NCBI GenBank assembly: GCA_047967505.1
Contig: CM106538.1
Reading direction: 5' to 3' (one strand)
Source: Dipteris shenzhenensis
Taxonomy: Eukaryota
Length of the DNA stretch: 64,000 nucleotides
Made by a program: the position numbers and the translations under genes. This document shows, one piece after another, positions 53,753 to 64,000 of the stretch (its first letter is position 1; each line of letters opens with the position of its first letter). The notes below the pieces were generated by a model. That model saw nothing but the letters and a program-made list of their open reading frames with translations. It did not search any database and had not been told where the DNA came from.

Positions 53753-53882
53753 ATCAATGACTTAAACAAAATACAATGGAATTCATGACGAGCAATGATA
53801 ACTTAAAATTAATAATAAAGACATGTAGTCATGTATCCATTGAAATATCCATTTAGATATATGTTTATATATACAAAAGGCC

Positions 53883-55380
53883 TCACAGGCTATCTTTCTT
53901 CTTGGCTAGTTTGAGTACATCGAGAATAGGGGTCTTTGAATCCCCTAGTGGATTCCTAGATATAAATCTAGCCGCAACAGCACTAACATCCTCTTCTCCT
54001 ACTGCCAAAGACATAGCCATTGCCGTCAATGCCCTACCATGAATGTTCGATCCAAAGGCATTGATAGTAGCCAGGCAGTGTACCAAAATGACTTTGTTGA
54101 CATTTTGAGTAATGTTGGAGTATCCGATAGCGCGCGACAATGCCTTGCACTTCAACAACTCTGAAGGACCTCGAGGAGAAAACTTGCTGTGAAAGACCAC
54201 GATATGCTTTGCGACTTTGCTAAGGTAATGGGGCAAAGAATGATCTCACCCAAATGTGCTGCGAACATTACCCCATCGAGATGAGAATTCATCAAGCTCA
54301 AACACATCCTGCAACAATTCAACAAACATTAGAAGACCGACAAATCAAATTATACTGAAACAACATCAAAATAAAAAATATTGTTCGAACTTACCACTAC
54401 AGCATCATTTTCTATCCCTTCCTCATTTGCAATGTTGATGGAACCAGGTGCTGTGTGATGTTCCATTTGGGACGTGGACGCTTTCTCCTAACTTGTGTTG
54501 GAGGTGGAAGCTTTTGCATGAGAGGGTTGTGCATCGTATATAGACATGTCTGCATCCCTCATTGAAACCAACGTCATCAAGGGAAAGTCTTCCATTGTCG
54601 GGTCTTCGATACCTAAAACCCTGGGATCTTTGACACTTGTGTCAATATCAAACCCTGATAGGACTCCGAGTTCCTCATCCTCTCGTAGTGCAAAAAGAAT
54701 CTCTATGTCATGGAGGAATACGTACTCTTCTCTATCGATGATGAGGGGGGACAAGAACCATAATTCTGAGTCTGGGTCAACGGTCTCCGATGCAAATTCT
54801 TGCTCTATTGGGGGCTCTTGGAGTAGGCTCAATGCTTGAGCTGCATCCATCTCCTCTATTGGATCGTCAAGACTCTCTTCCATGTAGATGTCCGACGAGT
54901 CTAGTCTAGGGATGACCAGATCAATAGTTCTACTAGAGGGGGTGCTAGATGATGAGGCTTCTTCCTCTAAATTTCCTTCTTGGAGAAGGAAGATGAATGT
55001 CATCTCCCATGAAAGGAATTTGGTGCCTGTATTTCCTGTGATCCCTACATCTAAGATGTCTTGAACTTCAATTGTCCTAAACCCTTCGTCTGTAAGGTTG
55101 TCACAAAAGTGAGCGCTTTACAAACTTGGGTTCCTCTACAAACAGATACTTTATGTAATCTATGGGAACCCATCTCTTTGAAGTGTGGTCAAGTGTATAG
55201 GCAAAATTTGAGAAATTATCTTGCATGTAAAGGATGAGATCTGAAAAGTCATCCTTGGCTCACATATATGTGCCTAGGACATCTAAAGTCCTATCAAACA
55301 CTAAAAATAGCTCTTCCTCACGATCTGCAAATGCAGTTCATGAGATGAAGTCATGGAACATAGTTCTAGCTAAATCCATG
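53883..55380 (-). pseudogene. Unknown gene with acidic central region
   Basis: Near-continuous frame from ATG ~55380 (MDLARTMFHDF…) through ORFs 54488..55003 and 53883..54236. GT-AG intron at ~54310-54394 and TATA near 55490; no family recognised. Confidence 0.5.
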
Positions 55381-55659
55381 GCAAATAGTAGTTGATGGAG
55401 GGAGTAACTTCTGAGGATGGGAGTTTCTATGGCTTTGTAAATTTGAAAGTGAGAATGTGATGTAAAAAGGGCTCTTACCCCTTAATATATATCAAAACGC
55501 TAAAAATTAAAATTAATCATAAAATCCACAAATTTTTTGAAAAACATTTACCATGAACTGATTACCATGAACTGAAAGAGAAAACATTAAAAGAAATAAC
55601 ATTTTAATTTAATTGTCCATCGTCTTTTGAAGCAATAACTAGGATTTGACAGACAAAAA

Positions 55660-56735
55660 ATTAAATGCTGCACTAGTCAAACACATTGTTAGCAATCTTC
55701 AAAGTTGCAGGAGGAATGTATTTGGCACTATGCATGCACTTCTCCATGCGACGCCTGATCTTACCACCATTTAAGGTAAAGTAGAAGGACTCTGACATGT
55801 CGTCCTCCATGACCAATAGGTGTTCTCACACATCCCTTAGAGTCCATTGCGATGTGACATTCACATTCTTGACATCTCCCTCTTCAACATCAATAGACAA
55901 ACTTACCTCCGTATTGTCTTCATCAATCATTAGAGTCAAGGGGAAGCCACCGGCCATTTGTTTTCTTCCAGCGCCTGTACTAAAAAGCTAAATACAACAT
56001 TTGGCATGACAAATGGTATCTAATAACCACATTGTCTTACATGCGTGACATTGAAACACATCACCCTTTTGGTCACCTGACCTGGTTCCCCAATTCATCC
56101 CAAGTTAATCTTCAAGAGAATTTTCTTGTTCTTGTACGATTGCAATGTCCTTGAGTCCACATTGATGCAATCCATGTCTTGAAGTTGTGGTGGTACAATG
56201 GTTTGAAGACGGCCATAGCTTGATGATGTCATTGGAGTGATGTATGTTGCATTATACCGATACACATTCTTCATTCGCAAGGAGGCCAACTTCTCCCTGG
56301 CATGCATTTGCTTACCTAATCCTCATGAATCACAGTGAAGTTGCCTATGAATGATTCAACTGGTTCTCACTCCTTGAGATCCGAAGGGAAAACATCTACC
56401 ACCATGAATAAGATCTCTTAGAAACCAAACACAAAATTTCCAAATGGACTCATTACACTTATAGGTGAAAAAGGTACATAGATAGAAAGGCTCATAGTGT
56501 GATGGTATCCTAGATTGATTGAATGATGGAGGAAGCCACATATCTTTTCCCATGTAAACATGTTGCACTTTTGCGAGCCATCCTTTCTTCCCAAACTTGA
56601 ACTTCAAGATACGCCCCTTCCACTCATGCAAGATGTCACCTCTCTTGCTCTTGGGAAGCTTATGTGGACCTTTGGCTAATCCTTTCATCACTATCTAGTC
56701 ATTTAAGCTGTAGGTGCAAGGGATCCACTCATCCA
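55660..56735 (-). pseudogene. Putative BAH-domain gene with possible ubiquitin-like C-terminal domain
   Basis: TYSLND*IVMKG…EWKGRILKFKF…AKVQHVY…(intron)VFPSDLKE*EPVESFIGNFTV follows the BAH pattern (y-vGD-V…ari…elflsd…pve-iiGkc-V). Confidence 0.5.
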
Positions 56736-56864
56736 ATGCATTTCTGGTGTTGTGAAAGACACAAGAGGTCATAGCATTGTGTGGTCTTGTAGCCTTTCTC
56801 CTCACCATGCTTGCAGAGGTTGCAACAGCAAGAATGGAACTCCTACACAAGGCAATGCAGCTCT

Positions 56865-57110
56865 AACAGAGGCACAAAAGAGGGAGAAGGAGAGGGACAC
56901 AGCAGCAGCAACAGAGGCACAGGAGAGGGAGAAGGAGAGGGACAGAGCAGCTCCAACAGAGGCACAAAAGAGGCACAGGAGAGGGAGAAGGAGAGGGACA
57001 AAGAAATAGCAACAGAGGCACAGGAGAGGGAGAAGGAGAGGGACAGAGCAGCTCCAACAAAGGCACAAGAGAGGGAGAGGGGAGAGAGAGAGAGAGAGAG
57101 AGGAGCTGCA
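56865..57110 (+). repeat. 45-bp purine-rich minisatellite plus (GA)n
   Basis: AACAGAGGCACAGGAGAGGGAGAAGGAGAGGGACAGAGCAGCTCC, about 4-5 copies. Confidence 0.9.
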
Positions 57111-57559
57111 GCAACAAGCAAGCCAAAGCAGGAGGGAGTAGAGAAAGAGGGGGAAGAGGGAAAATGCATGGGATTTGGTCCAAATCTGAGTGATTTGGTA
57201 GGTTCGACTAGAACAGTGGGGGGAAGAGGCCCTAAAAAGAGGGAGGGGAGAAGAAAAATTCACCATTTGGGCCCTACCATCCCATTGAATCTAGTTTTGG
57301 GCACATGTGGGGGAGGTGCACCTAGTAGGAGGGTCAAACATGGGTTAAGAGGGGGGCGATGGTTTGGGTGGTCCCTAGTGTAAGGGGAGCAACCAACAGG
57401 GGCTCTCTGCAGGCCTACCCACCCTCCACCTCAACATACCATTGCCCCACACCTTCTAGCACTCTCATTGGTACACCACAAATCACTCTCTAATCCCTTG
57501 AAATTAGGAAACACTAATTGGAGGCCCTTTTGAGACCCCAATTCTCCCCTAATGCCACA

Positions 57560-60500
57560 ATCGCTTCCTATGAGAGTTAGCCAATGACATGCTCTGACAG
57601 GTCCACCTACAGGTACCAAGCTTGGTCTTGTATTAGTAAGATCCTTTTCCCTTTGTTGGCCTTAACTCGAGGGACAAAATTTTGCCTTGGAATCTTTCAA
57701 CTAGATCCTCATGGTTCCAAACTAATAGGTACCATTTGTTGCTCAAATGCTAATGCATGGGGGTTGAAATTGTGAGGTCATCGTGCGGGACTGTGGTTTT
57801 ATCAAGGACGGTAAGTAGATGGACCTCGTGCAAAGGAGTGTCCAGACTTGTCAAAGGAAGGGGAACAAGGGAAAATGAGTTGGAGATGGAGAGAAGAAGG
57901 GATTGAACCTTTGCTATGTTTAAGAGGAGGAAATGAGTAGAGAGTTGATGTCTAGTGGTGGCCTATCTGGATGAGTTAGCCAATCCATTGACCAAAACTC
58001 AATGTCACATACTACTGAATGGGTATGACTTGCTCCTACCACTTTGTAAGTAGACCTTTATGTAAATCATGTGTATTGTTCCACATAGCTACAACCTTAA
58101 TGGTGTGGGTACTAATGATTCTTTCACTTGGACTTGAAAACATTAAGCTAGCACACTTATCAATCTTGAAAAAAAAGATTAAAGGTACATACGGCGTAGG
58201 TGTATACTGATATTTCAAGTTGGATGGGCCCTAATACACACTAGTGCAGAGGTTGTGGTGGAGTAGGGGAGTTGATATCAATCCTATCGCCAAACCCTAT
58301 AGCTAATAAGTAAGAGCTCACAGCCAAGGTACTCAAAGGACTTGGGGTATTAGCACAACGTTTGGAAGAACCTATCCTACCAAAATGGGCTCGGCTTTGA
58401 GAACCCTCTCAAGTGATCTTTGGGTCCTACTTCAAAACTATTCTTTGCAAAAAAAGATACTTGAACTCCCACCTCTGCAAAACTAGTGTGGGTGTGAGTT
58501 TCCACTTCTTTGCATGATGCTCGACCATTGGATCCAATCGTAGAAGGGCCTATGGAGTCACAACTTTAGCTACCTTGGAAGTGCCTATAGTGTTGTTGCC
58601 ATTACCTACAAACTTATGCTTCAAGGTACCTACCTAGGAAGTAGTTTCCAATAGATGGCACACACTAGTATTCCTATAGCTAAATCATAGTATTCCCATA
58701 GCTAAATTATCAGGCTCTTGTCTTTGGGGTAGTTTGGGTGCTTGGAATAATCGAATTAAATATTGGAGTTGGGAATAATTCTCCATCTTTCCCTTGAGGC
58801 AAAAAATCTCCCTCCTTGGGCTTTCAACCTCTGCCTCTGCTTGTCTGAGCTTGGCATTCTCCACTCTCATAGTCACTAACTTATCATGTACCACCTAGAG
58901 AGCCTTTGGATATACCCTAGTCTTATGTGCATTCTCTAGCACAATTTGGAGTTGGTGATTGGCTACTTCTATGAAATTTATCTTCTCATATTTGGACCTG
59001 GCATTAAGGATCACAATCTAATATCCACTTCACACTTCAGATCGCTATGGTTGGTATGAATGTGGTGCAATAGGGAGTGACTTCCACTAGCTCATCATAG
59101 ACAAATTTTTTGTTGCTAGCGAGCTGCTCCTATACACTATCTCATTTGGTAGTGAGATCATCCTATGCTTGTCATAGACTAGCTTTATGCACCTCAAAAA
59201 ACCAAGCTAGCCCCTCCCGATACTGTGTTTGAAAAAAAAATTTGTGATCCAACACCTAGGGAGGAATCTAGTGGTTGGCTAGGTAATCTAGACCCGGGGC
59301 GACATGGACCATGTTCTCCCTAAGAATTCTCCAATGTGAATTGGTGGCATTGTGATCCTACCGATCATCATGCATCATCATAGGAGGATGGAGTGAAAAT
59401 AGCTCAAGAGGGGGTAGGGTTTGAAGATTGTAGGAGGCACAAGGGGTGTGATGGTGCTGGTTGGAGCTGTTGGTTGGAGCTGCCACTGCTACTCCACCAG
59501 TATTTTGCTCTTGCTTGGGCTGATTTTATTGCTTGGTTGGTATCTCTTAGCATTTCTTAGTGTTGACTTTATCACCTATAGGCACCTCTTGCCTGTGTTG
59601 TTTAGTGGCAACTTCACCTGTGGCTGCCTTATAAACCTCTATCTACCTAACATTGATTTCTCCTGGGAGGTTCCCTCATCATTGTTCCCCTCTCAATTCT
59701 TTTGGTTGCTATGGTTAACATGCTCCTCAAGGCCCTGTTCCTTAGAATGTTGCTTGATGTCCTTATCTCTGGATGTTCCAACTTATCCAAGAGGTGTAGG
59801 AATGGATTCTGACTACTATACATTACTGGCTGTGAGTCTATGGTACAACATACAAAGTGGCATCTAAGCTTGTGGTGGGTTGGTCCTTTGCTAATAGACT
59901 TCAACTGTGATTCAAATGTTTTCTCAAAGATGAAGAACTAATCCACTTCATGGCCATCTTCTAGTGACATGACCATTCGAGCCAGATATTATCATGGCAC
60001 ACATACCATGCAAATCTTCAAGCCAACTAGCTCTGACAAAAATCTGTAGACTACTTAGAGGCCTTTATCAAGTGCTTTTCTAATCAGATCTCCTTGTGAT
60101 TGTGAGTAGTTGCCATTGTTGAAATAAGCATTGTAGCATTATGTAGCCACTAATGGACTAGGGGCTACTGGCATGTTCAATAGAAATACTTCCTTCAATA
60201 AGATAGAGATTAGATGGACATGAACATCTTGAATGATCACGCTATGATCTGACTCATCATTATAGCATGTGCATGCGTACGCACTACCCTTTGAGGATCC
60301 TCGTTTTCTACGAGTGTGCCTACAAGTTGGAAAATATTATTAGACATAGGGGATAGAATATGCAAGTGTCGCTGGGGTAATACTCTAACCACACTTATAG
60401 TAAATCATGATAGAATATACATTGTGTGTCTCGTAACCATACCTCTCTAATTGGATGAATGGACAAATGGGCACTCCAGGAGAAGTGGCCACCGAGGTTG

Positions 60501-63500
60501 AGGAAGCTCCTACCAAAGTGCCAAACTTACTTAAGAAACCAATCAACAAGCTGGGGTAGCACTTTGAGAGTAACGATAGAAATGTTGTGATTCCTACCTT
60601 CTACCAAACTAGAAAGTCCATGGCAATATCGGATGGTGAAGTGGGTGCTAGGCAAAATGGGAAAAGCTTGAAATGGAAAGCACCAACCTAATCACTTTTT
60701 TGGCACTTCTTCTAGATCAATATCCCTCCTCAATACTCCATCCATGCCTTGGCGGAAAAAAACTCCATCAAAGAGGATAGAGTGTCTACTATCTCTACAT
60801 ATCTTCTTCCACTCATAATAGGTGTCATTAGGCAGAAAAGAAAAAGTACCCAAAAACCTATAGATGCCTCCATACCATGGATCATTAACTTCTATGGCTG
60901 CTACAAGGTTTATATACTGACATTCTTCTAGATAAATCAAGGAATTATTCAAATGTAACAACCCCATTTTACAATCTTGAAAGAAAAGTCATATCTTAGA
61001 AGGATTGCAACCACTTAGCCAACCGGCCTAGGGGATTTGGCGACCGCCAACTTGCTTTGCAAGGCCATTGCTTGAAATGATAATCAAGGGTCTACCTGCC
61101 ACATAGTGCTTAAACTATTCAATGAAAAACACCAAAGATAGAGCATGCATGTTAGCCTTTGAATAGCTTTGCTTTGTTTCAAGCATCTGCCCCATGAAGC
61201 AAACCGATTGGGATACTTGAATCATTCCTCCCCTTGTTGGAGCAGAATTCCTGCAAAATTTTGATCCCCAAATCCTGGGTTGATATCAAGGTCTTAGACG
61301 AATCAAGATTGCGTAGGATGGGTTCATAAGCAAGAGCACCCTTGATCACAGTTCTCACACCAAGAGAAATCAACACCATCTTTCAATAACATAGTCATGG
61401 TCCATGAAAAAGTGGCCTACTGATCAATGAAGTACTAATAATATCGTGCCGAATTCTCAAATGAGCACACCTAATTCTTTGTACTTGGTGGGGGGAGCTT
61501 AAGAATTGCATCTATAATTTTTGGATCAAGCCTAACACCATCTACTGAGAAAATGTGCCCAAGCAACCTACCTTGAGTGGCTCCAATAGTACATTTCGTA
61601 GGGTTGAGGCTACCATTTGCTTCATCAATTCTTTTTAAGGCCATGCGGACCTTCACATGCTCATTTTGCATGGAGAATATAAAAAATCATCTAGGAACAC
61701 CTCTAAGAAAATCCATAAATAAGGGGCAAACACCATTTGCATTCTCATCACTTCTCTTCTCTACCTCATTTCCCTCCCATTTCACTCTCATTCTTTCAAA
61801 ACTTTCAAGATTTTTGAATGAGATTCAACCTACCTTCTTCTTTCTCTATTTTAGGCACTTCTCTTTCAAATCTCACCATTTCCTCTCTCATTTGAGATTC
61901 TCCCATGATCTAAAATCATTTCATTCTAGAAGACAAGGCAATCAATGTTTTGAACGAAACATGAATGATGCAGGGTGTTTGGAGCTTAGAAGGAGCTACT
62001 GGATGGAATTCTTTGTGAAAGGATCAAAGAAGATTGACTTTTCGGCATTGCAGTTTTTACTAATGCATGAAAATCAATCTTTGTTTGCCCGTCTCTCAAT
62101 ACTACTCACTTTTCCTACTGCAATCTCTAAGGATGCATGATTTCAAACCATTTGTGTAGGTTTGGGGTCTATCCAAACAACTTGTATGGAGGTTCAGGTG
62201 AGATAATCTTTGGAACAATGCAACACAATGATTATGAACGAGATTTGTTTGTTAATGATGTAACTTTGAAGAAGTAGTCAATTCGTAGTCCATTTTGTGT
62301 AGTTGTCTTGTTTGGTTTTATTACATGGTTTGAAAACGTTCAAAGAAATTTCATGAGAAATGATTCTTTTCCACTCTTACTATCAATAGTTTTCTATAGA
62401 ATATTGCTTGAAATAGATTTTGAGATTTTTGAGAGCATATAATTTGTTTTAAAGCAAGAACCATCAAATTTAGCATTCTTGGAACACAAGAGGGATGACT
62501 GGGAGGGACAAGTTTGATCACATTTTTCTTTCAAAGAACCTTGCTCCAAGAATCAGGTACTATTCATTCATGTAGTTTTAGAATGTTTTCAGTTTTCAAC
62601 TCAAATCAGGGTGTATGAGAGCAACTTGCATGGAGATTCAAGTGAGAAAACCTTTAGAACAATGCAAGACAATGAAAAAAATGAGATTTTATAATGCAAC
62701 TTTGAATAATTAGTTAATTTGTAGTTTCTTTTCGTAATTTTGTTGTTTTCTTTTAATACATGATTTGAAGAGGAAGAAAGTTTTTTTTTTTTTTTTAGAT
62801 ACACTCTTACTATTGAGATTTTTTACAAAATATGGTTTGAAATAGATTTGGAGTTGTTTGGAAGCATATAATTAGTTTTGGAGAAAATTCCATCAACTTC
62901 AGCATCCTGGATTACAAGAGGGACCATTGAGGACAACAAGTTTGATCACTTTTTTCCTTCAAATATCCTTGTGACATATTGTTCATTCACATAGTTTAAT
63001 AGTGTTTGATGATGAGTAAATATTTTTTTAAATTTCTAGATTTCAATCATTAGATTGTGCATGCAGCTAGGGTGTTCATTTTTGCTAGGTTTGATACTTT
63101 TTGGAAACATGACATGTTTGTATATTGTTTGTCAATGCTATATTATACTAGGTGGAAAGTGTTTGAAATCATACCAGCCCCTTGAAATTAAAAAAAGGTG
63201 AATATCCATTTTCAAATTAATGCAAAGAATGCACCATCTTTAAAGAGGAATGAATCCTCCTTAGCAAGTGAAAATGATTTAGTAGCTCTTTAAAATCAAG
63301 GAAAAACACATATGGATTCGTGGTTAGAAGGCAAAATATATCTAGTAGATCCACAGACTTGTCAAACTTCTCAATTCCATGGATTGACCAGCTTAATAAA
63401 GTTTTTGCATAAGGGTGAGAATGGTTCGTTAGGATATTGTCAAATGTTGATTGCTCATGGAGCAAGTAGCCTTCACAACCAATATCAATATTTGCTTAAT

Positions 63501-64000
63501 GAAAGTATAAAAAGGATTGCAATGTTGGAGGCTTGGAATCAACATTTGGTATCATCTATGCAAGCTAAAAGTGTTCAAATGTCTACATATGATGGCATAG
63601 AGAAGCAAAATCAGTAATTACAGGTAAAGGTTTAGACATTTGCTCAATTGGCAGAGAGCACAATAAATGCAATTCACTTATAGATGCAAAACACAGCTCT
63701 AAAGGATGACATCAAAAAGTTAGAAAAAACATTATCATTCGTGAAGGATACTGCAATGGGTCCAAGACTACGTAAGAGGAAATTGTGTCCAATGGATGAA
63801 ATATCCAAGAAAAGTGGTCATTAGAAGCGTCGTTGCAGGAGTGCTTCAGAACTCATGTCTATCCATGATGGACACTCTGGTGCTATGGGTGAAGCGTTTA
63901 TGGAAAAAGTATTGGAGTCTGTTATACGACATCCGAAATTCAAAAGTATAAAATGAGAGATAACTTCTAAGTCAATGAACAAAGTTGTGGAGCATTTCAA
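57560..64000 (+). mobile_element. Inverted second copy of the large unit at 28374-40375 (without the copia insertion); runs off the window
   Basis: ORF pairs are near-identical (e.g. 38075..38536/59421..59867, 30681/61471, 28881/63312) and colinear over 6.4 kb. Confidence 0.93.
63150..64000 (+). pseudogene. N-terminal part of RAG1/Transib-like transposase, family B second copy (possible first exon from ATG 61961)
   Basis: SWLEGKIYLVDPQTCQTSQFHGLTSLIKFLHKGENGSLGYCQ is the same segment as 28881..29171. Confidence 0.85.

Noticed and set aside
56752-57383. Repetitive ORFs (TEAQEREKERD)n
   Set aside because: Derived from the 45-bp minisatellite; no independent coding evidence.
49127-57556. RAG2-like partner or RSS heptamer-nonamer ends (ProtoRAG architecture)
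   Set aside because: No kelch or PHD pattern was recognised in the convergent genes and no RSS-like pair was seen. CACAATC at ~57556 points the wrong way and lies at a junction.

Overview
Repeat-dense, heavily decayed plant nuclear DNA. Many stops look like CGA>TGA or CAG>TAG changes, and the copia and CACTA types suggest a fern or another non-seed plant (inference). No intact host gene is visible; the window is a nest of transposons. It holds two full-length Ty1/copia LTR elements with TSDs (14524-20053, 30925-36501), two CACTA transposase relics and Ty3/gypsy pol fragments. It also holds a P-superfamily-like DNA transposon family with 8-bp TSDs (one 6.5-kb element, two ~247-bp MITEs, one end fragment). 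The main discovery is a RAG1/Transib-like (CMC-Transib clan) DDE transposase present as two divergent paralogous pseudogenes: A at 49127-51779, and B at ~29218 to ~14460, split by nested insertions. A third partial copy sits at the right edge. Both A and B are followed ~0.35-0.4 kb downstream, on the same strand, by a histone-H3-like gene with a long non-canonical N-tail, partly CENH3-like residues and a site II/telobox promoter. Next to copy A lie a probable BAH-domain gene and an unknown acidic gene. This looks like a transposon lineage carrying its own chromatin toolkit. All protein assignments are by-eye motif recognition and need HMM or structure confirmation.
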